Assembly: GCA_022616515.1 (NCBI GenBank)
Contig: JAKEEQ010000513.1
Span: 1 to 19,499, forward strand
DNA length: 19,499 nt
Source of the DNA: Chloroflexota bacterium
Lineage (GTDB): Bacteria > Chloroflexota > Anaerolineae > Aggregatilineales > J027
Direction: 5' to 3'
Below the pieces are notes generated by a model. The model was not told the DNA's origin. It did not search any database and worked only from the letters and a program-made list of their open reading frames with translations. Numbering within the stretch: position 1 is the first letter of the stretch; each line of letters starts with the position of its first letter. The position numbers were made by a program, and so were the translations under genes. Of this stretch, positions 1-7,898 are shown piece after piece.

Positions 1-40
1 CAAAGATTACGATCAGGGCTGGTTTCACGGCATGGTCCCC

Positions 41-1087
41 CTAGTTACCTAACTTTGAGACAATCTTTTGTGTAATTCTCTCGATTTGACACCGAATGGC
101 TTCATCATCATTTTCTACGTAAACCAATCGTAACGCTTTGCTGAAGTCGCCGCTTGGATAGCCAATTCTCTCCAGTGAATCCAGCGTATATTTCAGGCAT
201 ATCTTATCGTGACCCGCCAGTGTCTTCAGGATGTACGAGCGGCAAATTGCCAGCAGGAAATTCTCAAAATGGATCAACCGCTCACAGAAGTGCCGCAGCC
301 TCTCCCTATCTTCCCGGTGTTGGGGAATCTGATAATGCCACTGCTCTTTTAGAAACTGATAAACATCGACCACGAAATCAGCCCATTCATCGTCCACATC
401 GTAGTAATAGGTCATGACACTTTCTTTCTTGGTCCCGACCTGTTTTCCCAGCACCAGTGCATTGATAGTGGTCGTCATCATCGTTACGAGGTTGACCATC
501 AGGTGCGTACCACGCCCAAATTCGCCCCCACCCACATATTCACCGAAGGAATCATACCCATAAAACTCGCCGTCTTCATCCGGATAGCGCAGCGGGAAAT
601 ATAGGTTATCGGCCCGCCCACGCAAAATCCACATATACTGTACCGCCATGAACAGTGAGCGTATGATCTTATCTTGAATAGGCTCCAGCGGCAACGTGTG
701 GAAGGCCAGTTTGTCTCCGAATATGGGCAGGGCTGCTTTCATACTGGCGGTTGCCCGGGTAAGGTGGGATTCATCAAGGGAAGAAATGTCTAAGCGGACA
801 TGACTCAGTGCATTGCAATGGTGGATAAGATCCTGACACTGCCGTAGTTCTGTGTGGGTCAAACGCGCGTAGAACAGAATACCGATGTCGAGGTCACTGG
901 AGGGCACGGCAGTCCCGTCGCCATAACTCCCGACAACGTAGTAGCCACGAATGCGCTGCGGGAAAGTCGATTCATAGATACCGACTATCCCGACCAGTAA
1001 ATCATCAATTTCAGTGTCTCCGGTGGAATTGGAAAGCTCGACAGTCAACGTGCATCCCCCTTCAAGACCGCTTATGCGGACATCCAT
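41..1087 (-). CDS. Pol-beta superfamily nucleotidyltransferase domain protein (348 aa). N-terminal NTase fold with a C-terminal helical domain of about 230 aa.
   Basis: Clear hG[GS]x9-13Dh[DE]h NTase motif: YYVVGSYGDGTAVPSSDLDIGILF. A possible third acidic residue lies in VRLDISSLDE, about 45 aa downstream, which is ANT/MNT-like spacing. ATG at 1085-1087, TAG stop at 41-43. No obvious SD upstream. Confidence 0.6.
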   Translation of the reverse strand: MDVRISGLEGGCTLTVELSNSTGDTEIDDLLVGIVGIYESTFPQRIRGYYVVGSYGDGTAVPSSDLDIGILFYARLTHTELRQCQDLIHHCNALSHVRLDISSLDESHLTRATASMKAALPIFGDKLAFHTLPLEPIQDKIIRSLFMAVQYMWILRGRADNLYFPLRYPDEDGEFYGYDSFGEYVGGGEFGRGTHLMVNLVTMMTTTINALVLGKQVGTKKESVMTYYYDVDDEWADFVVDVYQFLKEQWHYQIPQHREDRERLRHFCERLIHFENFLLAICRSYILKTLAGHDKICLKYTLDSLERIGYPSGDFSKALRLVYVENDDEAIRCQIERITQKIVSKLGN

Positions 1088-1160
1088 GTGTTTGTGATGG
1101 TGCTCAACTTGTTCATGATACTGATTGTCATTAGCGCAAGAAAGGGCGAACCCTAACCGG

Positions 1161-1856
1161 CTATCGTTTTGCCGTCAAATGTTCGATACCGCCTTCACGC
1201 GCGACAATAACATCGGTGGCGATGTCGATAAACAGTCCATGCTCCACTACCGCCGCCAGACCGAGCAGGGCATAGTCAAGTTTTCGCGGGTCTTCAATTG
1301 GCGGGAATTTACAGTCCAGAATGTAATTTTTCTGGTCTGTTTCATAGGGTGTGCCATCGGTGTTGGTGCGCAGGGTCCAATTTGCACCAAGTGCTTCAAT
1401 GTGTGCCACAACTGATCGCCACCCGAAGGGGACCACCTCCACCGGAAGCGCGAACTTTGTGCCAAGTGCCGGGCTGAGTTTCGATTCGTCGATCACAATG
1501 ACTTCTCGTTTGCTGGCCTGCGCAACAATCTTTTCCTGCAATAACGCGCCGCCCCCGCCTTTTATCAATTGCAGATTAGGATCAACCTCATCTGCGCCAT
1601 CAATCGTTACATCAACGACTGGATGATGCGCGAAATCTGTCAAAGGAATGCCCCATTCACGCGCATCCACTTCAATCTCATGGGAGCATGGAATCGCTGT
1701 AATATCAGTTAACGCTCTGGAATTTATCAATTCAGCAATACGCCGCACCGCCCATATCGCCGTGCTGCCATGCCCCAACCCGACAACCATCCCCGATGTC
1801 ACAAAGTGATTGGCAGCGTACTCGCCAGCCTGCCGTTTGAGTTGTGTTCGGTCCAT
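1161..1856 (-). CDS. rpiA: Ribose-5-phosphate isomerase A
   Basis: 231 aa. RpiA signature blocks present: GLGHGST (for GxGTGST), DGADEVD, and KGGGGALLQEK. Confidence 0.9.
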   Translation of the reverse strand: MDRTQLKRQAGEYAANHFVTSGMVVGLGHGSTAIWAVRRIAELINSRALTDITAIPCSHEIEVDAREWGIPLTDFAHHPVVDVTIDGADEVDPNLQLIKGGGGALLQEKIVAQASKREVIVIDESKLSPALGTKFALPVEVVPFGWRSVVAHIEALGANWTLRTNTDGTPYETDQKNYILDCKFPPIEDPRKLDYALLGLAAVVEHGLFIDIATDVIVAREGGIEHLTAKR

Positions 1857-1866
1857 CGTCCGCTCC

Positions 1867-2421
1867 CTACAGGCGTGGCGGGGTCACGCCCACTTGATTT
1901 TGGTATTTGCCCTTGCGGTCGGCATAAGAGGTTTCGCAGGGTTCATCGCTCTCAAAAAACAACAACTGCGCAATACCCTCGTTAGCGTAAATCTTGGCGG
2001 GTAGCGGTGTGGTGTTGCTGATTTCGAGCGTCAAGAATCCTGACCATTCTGGCTCAAGGGGTGTGACATTCACCACCAGTCCCGTCCGCGCATAGGTGGA
2101 TTTGCCCACGCAGATACTCAACACATTACGCGGGATATTGAAGTGTTCGACGGTGCGGGCCAATGCAAACGAATTGGGCGGGATAATACACACATCCGCT
2201 TTAATATCCACAAAACAATTCGGGTCAAAATTCTTGGGGTCAATAATGGGCATGTGGACGTTGGTAAACACCTTAAATTCGTCCGACACGCGAATATCAT
2301 AACCATAACTGGACAGCCCATAACTAATGGCCCCTTCGCGTACCTGATTCTCAACGAAGGGGTCAATCATGTTACATTCAAGCGCCATCCGACGAATCCA
2401 GTGGTCGGGTTTAATCGACAT
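1867..2421 (-). CDS. dcd: dCTP deaminase (housekeeping size, about 185 aa)
   Basis: Dcd homology throughout, e.g. [13 protein letters not shown]...[15 protein letters not shown]...RKGKYQNQ. The ORF-track ORF extends to 2514, but the conserved N-terminus starts at MSIKPD. That ATG (2419-2421) is preceded by GGAGCAGG at SD-like spacing. The 31 upstream codons are probably not translated. Confidence 0.85.
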   Translation of the reverse strand: MSIKPDHWIRRMALECNMIDPFVENQVREGAISYGLSSYGYDIRVSDEFKVFTNVHMPIIDPKNFDPNCFVDIKADVCIIPPNSFALARTVEHFNIPRNVLSICVGKSTYARTGLVVNVTPLEPEWSGFLTLEISNTTPLPAKIYANEGIAQLLFFESDEPCETSYADRKGKYQNQVGVTPPRL

Positions 2422-2483
2422 ACCTGCTCCTGAGTCTAATTTGTATATACCGGAGCCAGTATTGTAAACGTTCGCCGAAAATG

Positions 2484-2511
2484 TTGACAAGCGTATATGT
2501 TTGTATACAAT
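2484..2511 (+). promoter_or_regulatory. Sigma70-like promoter reading into tnpB. TTGACA (2484-2489), 16-nt spacer, TACAAT (2506-2511).
   Basis: Consensus -35 and a near-consensus -10, read directly from the sequence. Lies inside the putative IS left end, about 70 nt upstream of the tnpB ATG. Confidence 0.45.
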
Positions 2512-2582
2512 CATATATACAAAGTTAAGTGTCTATGCTAAACAAAAAGTGTTCACGGCTGAGGAACTGAAACGTAGCAACG

Positions 2583-3797
2583 ATGCAGTTGGCGGAACGG
2601 CATATCATCAAGCAGAACGACCCGCGCTGGGCAGCCATTGATCAGGCGGCATGGGCATCCAAGAATATCTACAATGCGGCGCTGTACAAAGTGCGAAAAG
2701 CCTATTTTTATGACGGGGTTTATCTGGACTACAGCACACTGGAAAAGCAGTTTAAAAAAGGGCATCTGTTACCCGATCAACAACTGCCTGTCAAAGTCGT
2801 CCAGCAAGTCCTCATGCAACTCGATAATGACTGGCAAAACTATTTTGCCGCCCTCAAGACATGGCGGGCTAATCCAGCCGCGTTTGAAGGCATACCGGGC
2901 ATACCGGGGTACAAGCACAAGGCACGTGGACGGAATAAGCTGGTGTATACTGATCAAGCGGTCAGTAAAACTGCCTTCCAAAAACGGGGGGTCATTGCAC
3001 CATCGCAATTGTCCATCGAGATCAACACTCAGCAAAAGACCTTTGATCAGGTTCGCATTCTCCCACGTAAAACACACTATGTTGTCGAGATGGTGTACAC
3101 GGTTAAGATTGAGCCGGATGAACACCTCGACCCGGAGTGCGTGGCAGCCATTGATATCGGGGTTGATAATCTAGCGACTGTAGCTTTCAACCAGCCGGAC
3201 CTCGCACCGCTTCTGGTTAACGGCAGACCGCTCAAGAGTATCAACCACGCCTACAACAAAGAACGTGCTCACCTCCAGAGTCAGCTCGAAGACAATCGTC
3301 ACACCTCCCACCGGATAGACCACCTGACGGATAACCGTAACCGTCGCATGGAGGCGTATCTGCATCTGGCAAGCCGTCGCCTCATTGATCTGCTGCGCAT
3401 ATTGGGTATTGGTGTACTCGTCATCGGTAAAAACGATGGCTGGAAACAGGGTGTCAACTTAGGCACACGCACCAACCAGAACTTCGTCCAGATTCCTCAT
3501 GCCCGTTTTATCCAGATGTTGACTTATAAAGCCAAACTGGTGGGTATCAACGTCATTGTGACCGAAGAAAGTTACACCAGCAAATGCAGTTTTCTTGATC
3601 TTGAACCCGTCGGTAAACAGGATATCTATGAGGGCAAGCGCGTCAAACGCTGGCTATTTCAGGCCAGGGATGGACGCGAAATTCATGCGGATGTGAATGG
3701 TGCGTTCAACATCATGCGAAAAGTAGTCCCGGACGCTCTGGTAGCGCGGGGGATAGCGGCTGCGGTAGTCCAGCCGGTGCGGGTCACACCTGCATAA
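2583..3797 (+). CDS. tnpB: TnpB (IS605 OrfB family) RuvC-like RNA-guided endonuclease homolog, 404 aa. RuvC motifs present; zinc-finger cysteines apparently missing.
   Basis: RuvC-I AIDIGVDNLATVA, RuvC-II VIVTEESYTSK, RuvC-III HADVNGAFNIMRK. Between RuvC-II and RuvC-III there is a single Cys (TSKCSFLD...KRWLFQARDGREIHAD) instead of the usual CxxC...CxxC. Internal GIPGIPG from a 9-bp tandem repeat at 2890-2907. Confidence 0.85.
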   Translation: MQLAERHIIKQNDPRWAAIDQAAWASKNIYNAALYKVRKAYFYDGVYLDYSTLEKQFKKGHLLPDQQLPVKVVQQVLMQLDNDWQNYFAALKTWRANPAAFEGIPGIPGYKHKARGRNKLVYTDQAVSKTAFQKRGVIAPSQLSIEINTQQKTFDQVRILPRKTHYVVEMVYTVKIEPDEHLDPECVAAIDIGVDNLATVAFNQPDLAPLLVNGRPLKSINHAYNKERAHLQSQLEDNRHTSHRIDHLTDNRNRRMEAYLHLASRRLIDLLRILGIGVLVIGKNDGWKQGVNLGTRTNQNFVQIPHARFIQMLTYKAKLVGINVIVTEESYTSKCSFLDLEPVGKQDIYEGKRVKRWLFQARDGREIHADVNGAFNIMRKVVPDALVARGIAAAVVQPVRVTPA

Positions 3798-3838
3798 ACG
3801 AATTGTCATGTTTGTACATGCAATTTGAGACTATAGCA
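3640..3838 (+). ncRNA. Putative omega-RNA (reRNA) scaffold overlapping the tnpB 3' end and right end. Extent is a guess.
   Basis: Inferred from the known architecture of TnpB elements, where the omega-RNA derives from the 3' end of tnpB plus the right end and the guide is the adjacent flank. The only sequence support is the right-end hairpin at 3807-3820. Confidence 0.25.
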
Positions 3839-3840
3839 GA

Positions 3841-4581
3841 TTACGCGGTTACGATAAGTGGTTTCCCCTGTGTGATCACAATCGTATGTTCAAAATTGGC
3901 CGCCGGTTTTCCGTCTGTTGTACGCAGCACCCAGCCGTTATCTTCCGTGAACAGCCGTCCGCGTCCCGTGGTGATATGCGGCTCGACCGTCACAACCAGT
4001 CCATTCGTCAATTTCTGGTTAAAGCGCGGGTGATAGACATGCGGAATCGTTGGCGGTTCGTGCAGGGCCAGTCCCACGCCATGTGCCGTCAATTCACTGA
4101 TGACCCGGAAGCCCTGCCGTTTCGTGTGCTGCTCTGCCGCTTTGCCGATGGCATTGACGGGCTGCCCGGCTACTGCCGCCTCAATCGCCACATCGAGTGC
4201 TTCCTGTGCCGCTTGGATGAAGCGTTTCTGCCGTCTGGTTAACGGCGGCACGCCGACGGTGATAGCCGCATCGGCGAAGTAGCCGTTGAGTTCTGCCGAT
4301 ACATCAATTTTGACAAGGTCGCCCTGTTGGATGACGCGATTGCCGGGGATGCCATGTGCCGCTTCGTCATTGATACTGATACACGTCACTTCCGGGTATC
4401 CATAGGTGATTTGAGGGGCCGATTTTGCGCCGAATTTCTTTAAATAATCTGCACCAATTCTATCCAACTCACGGGTGGTGATGCCCGGTTTCACATGCTT
4501 TTTCATGAGTTGCAGTGTGTCGGCAACGATCTTGCCAATTGCCATCAAGCCTGCCAGTTGTTCTGGATTTTCAATACTCAT
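3841..4581 (-). CDS. map: Type I methionine aminopeptidase
   Basis: 246 aa. Classic MetAP-I blocks: GIPGNRVIQQGDLVKIDV, HGVGLALHEPP, VVTVEP. ATG at 4579-4581 with upstream GAGGAACAGGAA. Confidence 0.9.
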   Translation of the reverse strand: MSIENPEQLAGLMAIGKIVADTLQLMKKHVKPGITTRELDRIGADYLKKFGAKSAPQITYGYPEVTCISINDEAAHGIPGNRVIQQGDLVKIDVSAELNGYFADAAITVGVPPLTRRQKRFIQAAQEALDVAIEAAVAGQPVNAIGKAAEQHTKRQGFRVISELTAHGVGLALHEPPTIPHVYHPRFNQKLTNGLVVTVEPHITTGRGRLFTEDNGWVLRTTDGKPAANFEHTIVITQGKPLIVTA

Positions 4582-4598
4582 TCCATATTCCTGTTCCT

Positions 4599-5735
4599 CT
4601 AACGATTTCCAAGAGCCAGTATATCACCAATACGCTGCGCTGTATCACGCAGCCAGTCGGGTCCATTTGCCAGTGCTTCATCCAACTCGGCGATTTTTGG
4701 CAAGATGCTGAATGCATTAACAAAACCCCATTCTTTGAGTTCATCGGGCGTTGCGGTAATCGAACCGGCTACCGCAATGACAGGAATGCCATGTTTTTTC
4801 GCCTCATTAGCGATACCGAGCGGTGCTTTGCCACCCTTCGTCTGTGAGTCGAGTTTGCCTTCACCTGTGATGAGCAAGTCAATATCGCCCGCCGCCAATA
4901 GATCATCGTAGCCAAGTGCCGAAATCAACGTCTCAACGCCGGAGACAATCTCAGCGCCTGCCACGCCGTATAAACCCCCGGCAATGCCCCCGGCAGCCCC
5001 TGACCCGGGCATATCACGAATATCCACACCCATATCGCGTTTGACCACCCCGGCGAAATGCCCCAGATTTCTGGCAAGGGTCTTCACCATATCCGCATCT
5101 GCACCTTTTTGCGGGCCAAACACTGGTGCTGCTCCATTATCACCCAGCAGGGGATTATCAACATCACCCAGCACACGAATCGTCACGCCTTCTAAGGTTT
5201 CCTGAAGAATTTCTGGCTCAATATGATCCAACTCATTGAGGAAGCCACCACCATAGGGAATCGGGTGATCCCATTTATCCATCAGCCTTGCGCCGAGTGC
5301 TTGCAGGCAGCCCGCCCCGCCATCGACCGTCGCACTGCCTCCCAGCCCGACCAGTATTTCCGTCGCGCCGCGCTCAATCGCCGCCCTGATAAGATCACCT
5401 GTGCCGTAGGTGGTGGTTCGGAGTGGGTCACGCTCGTCCGGCTTCAAAAGTTCAATCCCGGATGCCCTGGCCATTTCAACCAGCGCCACATCCCCTTTCA
5501 GACCAAACTGCGCCTGGATACGCCGGGCCAGTGGGTCAATCGTTTCGATCATGATGAGGTCGGCCCCGGTAGCTTGCTGCCAGACTTCGAGCGTACCATT
5601 GCCACCATCTGCCAGCGGCATCAAAACAGTTTCGCAGTCGAGATCACTGCGTTTTAAACCCTCCGCAATAGCGTTGGCAGCCTCAACGGATGTCATACTT
5701 TCGCGGAACGCATTGGGTGCAACGGCAATTTTCAT
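4599..5735 (-). CDS. glxK: Glycerate kinase (GlxK/GarK family)
   Basis: 378 aa. MKIAVAPNAFRESMTS...MPLADGGNGT...LITGEGKLDSQT are hallmark glycerate kinase motifs. RBS AAGGAG 6 nt before the ATG at 5735. Stop lies 17 nt upstream of map, so the two are likely co-transcribed. Confidence 0.88.
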   Translation of the reverse strand: MKIAVAPNAFRESMTSVEAANAIAEGLKRSDLDCETVLMPLADGGNGTLEVWQQATGADLIMIETIDPLARRIQAQFGLKGDVALVEMARASGIELLKPDERDPLRTTTYGTGDLIRAAIERGATEILVGLGGSATVDGGAGCLQALGARLMDKWDHPIPYGGGFLNELDHIEPEILQETLEGVTIRVLGDVDNPLLGDNGAAPVFGPQKGADADMVKTLARNLGHFAGVVKRDMGVDIRDMPGSGAAGGIAGGLYGVAGAEIVSGVETLISALGYDDLLAAGDIDLLITGEGKLDSQTKGGKAPLGIANEAKKHGIPVIAVAGSITATPDELKEWGFVNAFSILPKIAELDEALANGPDWLRDTAQRIGDILALGNR

Positions 5736-5790
5736 GGCATCTCCTTTTGGGAGATATTAGAGCGGGGCTTTGGCGATGCCGCAAGGCAGG

Positions 5791-5845
5791 AACTGGTTGG
5801 TTGCATTTGAATCGTATTGGAAATTCAAGCTACAACCAACCAGTT
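5791..5845. repeat. Long hairpin with a perfect 13-bp inverted repeat (AACTGGTTGGTTG / CAACCAACCAGTT) and a nested second stem (TTTGAAT / ATTCAAG)
   Basis: Read directly from the sequence. Lies between the flotillin stop (5861) and the glxK start (5735) on the minus-strand transcript. No U-tract follows on either strand. Confidence 0.6.
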
Positions 5846-5860
5846 GGGTAAATAAACGAA

Positions 5861-7591
5861 CTACTTGGACTTGCCGTTCTGCTCATGAACCTGTGAGCGC
5901 AGCAGCATACTCAACAGGCCATCCGTCAGGCCAGCACCATTCCCCGAAACCGATACATCGGGCACGATACGGACGGCGCGATCACCGATGATCTGCATCA
6001 ATTGCAGAGCCGTGTAACCCTCAATGCCCAACGCCGTTACACCCGCCTGATACGCCTTCGCGTGAGCCTCGCCCGTTGCCTGAATGGCCGACGCCTCACC
6101 TTTGGCGTGTTCGACTTCGGACTTCGCCTGCAATTCGGCAATCTCCACACCCTTCTCGGCCTCAACGATTTTCTCCTGAATGTCGGCAAGTGCCGTTTCG
6201 CGGACCAACTTCTGGCGCTGTTCCTGTGCCATCCGCTGAATTTCATAGGTTTTTTGCTGTTCTTCAGCAATTTTACGATCAGTCTGCGTCACCATCAGTT
6301 GTTCGGGCGGTTTGATATCGCCGATGAGAGTATCAATGGCCTGCACATCATAACTGTTGATCGCCGTCTGAATATGGGTGGCGGCTTCATGCTGGCGCTC
6401 ACTGCGATTGGTCAGGAAATCCAGCACGGTATATTCCTGAGCCGCGTTGCGGAAATAGTTGCCCACAATCGGCTGCAAGACATGGTCAACCAGATTCTGA
6501 ACCGACCCCACGCGCGAGATAACCTTCGGGGCTTCTGGTGCACCGATGTGGATAATCTGTGACACGTCCAGATTAAAGGCGAAACCATCCTTCGAGCGCA
6601 CAGTAATCGGCGACAGATTGGCGTCGTAGGCATGGGCCTCAGTGCGGGTTGCCCAGTTCAGCACTATGTTTGTGGTGGGGACCAGTTCAACCTTCATAAT
6701 CTGCGGGTTGATTGGATGTTTGCCGGGATAAAGCGGCAATACCCAGACACCTTTATGACCTTGTTCAACCAGATTACCATGCTTGAACGATTCCCCGCTG
6801 ACATCTTGATGCTGCTTGCCAACGTAAGAAATCACGATGCCAACATGCCCGATAGGAATTTCCGTCATCAGAACCTGATGAACATATACAAACCATGGAT
6901 TGAGATTCCACGAGCCAGACAGGAGAACCTGCTCCTGCAAACCACGTCGCCCACCATTTGCCAGAAAATTCTGGGCATTCTGGAAATTGTCATGTCCGGG
7001 GATAACCGGGCCAGCAATTTCGGCATTTTCAATGGGCGTACCATCCAGCGTTGTTACTATTCCGACACGGTCCGGCGACACGCTGTACACCATTAGCTGC
7101 TCTGGCGACATACCATGCTGTGTGGCATTCTGAGCGGTAATAATGGTGAACAAAGCCGTATTGATGCGATAGACGCCTGCCGTCAAAATATCGAGTTGGC
7201 GTCCCTTTTCACCGCCATTGAGCAAGAATTTGCGGGCATCCTGAAAATTGTCACACTCGACGCCGCGCCCCAGAATGCGATTGGGAGGGATTGCCTCACC
7301 ATCGGCAGCAATCACCAGCCCGATTTGTCCCTGCGGAATGCGGATCACCTGTTCTTTGCGAATTTTGTACTGCCAGAGCCAGTATCCAAAGTGCCAACCG
7401 GGAGGAAGCGTATCCGCTTGGTAACCAGCTTCACTCTTGATAGCTACTAACTGTCCGGCAGGCAGTCCTTTACCGAACTTGCGAACAACGATGCCGACTT
7501 CATTCTCTCGGATGACTACAAGGCCAGTCATCACGATAGGCAGTGCCACTGCCACCACAACACCGGCAATGATGAAAATGATAGGTGTCAT
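5861..7591 (-). CDS. SPFH/band-7 flotillin-family protein (YqiK-like). N-terminal TM, SPFH domain, C-terminal EA-rich coiled coil.
   Basis: 576 aa. Hydrophobic N-terminus (IIFIIAGVVVAVALPIVMTGLVV), an SPFH-like core, and a C-terminal repeat (KIAEEQQKTYEIQRMAQEQRQK...AEKGVEIAELQAKSEVEHAKGEASA) typical of bacterial flotillins. RBS GGAGG before the ATG at 7591. Confidence 0.8.
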   Translation of the reverse strand: MTPIIFIIAGVVVAVALPIVMTGLVVIRENEVGIVVRKFGKGLPAGQLVAIKSEAGYQADTLPPGWHFGYWLWQYKIRKEQVIRIPQGQIGLVIAADGEAIPPNRILGRGVECDNFQDARKFLLNGGEKGRQLDILTAGVYRINTALFTIITAQNATQHGMSPEQLMVYSVSPDRVGIVTTLDGTPIENAEIAGPVIPGHDNFQNAQNFLANGGRRGLQEQVLLSGSWNLNPWFVYVHQVLMTEIPIGHVGIVISYVGKQHQDVSGESFKHGNLVEQGHKGVWVLPLYPGKHPINPQIMKVELVPTTNIVLNWATRTEAHAYDANLSPITVRSKDGFAFNLDVSQIIHIGAPEAPKVISRVGSVQNLVDHVLQPIVGNYFRNAAQEYTVLDFLTNRSERQHEAATHIQTAINSYDVQAIDTLIGDIKPPEQLMVTQTDRKIAEEQQKTYEIQRMAQEQRQKLVRETALADIQEKIVEAEKGVEIAELQAKSEVEHAKGEASAIQATGEAHAKAYQAGVTALGIEGYTALQLMQIIGDRAVRIVPDVSVSGNGAGLTDGLLSMLLRSQVHEQNGKSK

Positions 7592-7626
7592 TTTTTCCTC
7601 CAGCCACCGGGCGCTAATACGAATTC

Positions 7627-7665
7627 AGGATGACCGCGCCCTGCTGCCATCCTGCTTTTTGGGCA
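7627..7665 (+). other. Stem-loop CAGGATG-(15 nt)-CATCCTG followed by CTTTTT on the + strand. Sits in the flotillin 5' UTR on the opposite strand.
   Basis: Read from the sequence. A second inverted repeat, GGGCGC...GCGCCC, overlaps the first, so the two structures are mutually exclusive. Confidence 0.4.
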
Positions 7666-7898
7666 CAGGCAAACAAAAAACGACGCAATGCGCCGAAAGT
7701 TAGGGAAAGTGTAGCTTTATGTGCTGCGTTTCGTGTTTTATATGCCCATAGATATAAAATACGCTCGAAAATTTCGGGTGTCAAGAAAAATCGCCCCGGT
7801 AAGGACTGAATCGTTGTTCACTCCTTTCGGAGACAATATCGAGTGGATTTTTTGAGTGGTTTATACTAATGAAGGCCGAACACTGCCCGCCTGACTAT

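Larger units (their letters stand above)
2480..3838 (+). mobile_element. IS200/IS605-family element carrying only tnpB (IS1341-like, no tnpA). Boundaries are approximate.
   Basis: A TnpB ORF is flanked by subterminal imperfect palindromes sharing the core ATGTTTGTA(T/C)A. Left end 2495-2520 (gtATATGTTTGTATACAatcatatatac, contains the perfect palindrome TTGTATACAA). Right end 3807-3820 (CATGTTTGTACATG hairpin) just after the tnpB stop. Inserted between dcd and the 3' end of map. Confidence 0.6.

Noticed and set aside
154-417. 87-aa + strand ORF inside the NTase gene. The same applies to 1125..1415, 1351..1626, 2638..3174, 6002..6562, 9547..10041, 11011..11625, 11252..11824, 15428..15841 and 19157..19492.
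   Set aside because: All are antisense or out-of-frame overlaps of long ORFs that have clear family signatures. They are low-complexity, lack SD sequences and have no recognisable motifs. Treated as spurious shadow ORFs.
41-1087. NTase as a CBASS cGAS/DncV-like cyclase
   Set aside because: The GS...DxD motif is generic to Pol-beta NTases. The third acidic residue appears about 45 aa downstream, which is ANT/MNT-like spacing. No effector or Cap genes are visible in the window. Kept only as a low-probability alternative.
1130-1160. AGGG-TTCG-CCCT hairpin followed by TTCTT after rpiA, as a terminator
   Set aside because: The stem is only 4 bp, too weak to call. rpiA and the NTase gene are probably co-transcribed or terminated elsewhere.
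1867-2421. dCTP deaminase as an anti-phage dCTP-depletion defence gene
   Set aside because: The protein is housekeeping size (about 185 aa) with no fused kinase or extra domain. It is adjacent to rpiA, which is consistent with core nucleotide metabolism.
2889-2910. Tandem 9-bp repeat GGCATACCG x2 inside tnpB
   Set aside because: Simply encodes GIPGIPG within the protein. Not a regulatory or CRISPR-like repeat.
7437-7703. 88-aa + strand ORF spanning the flotillin start region
   Set aside because: Overlaps the flotillin 5' end antisense. Composition is Thr/Ala-rich with no SD. Likely not coding, although the + strand terminator-like hairpin nearby is reported separately.
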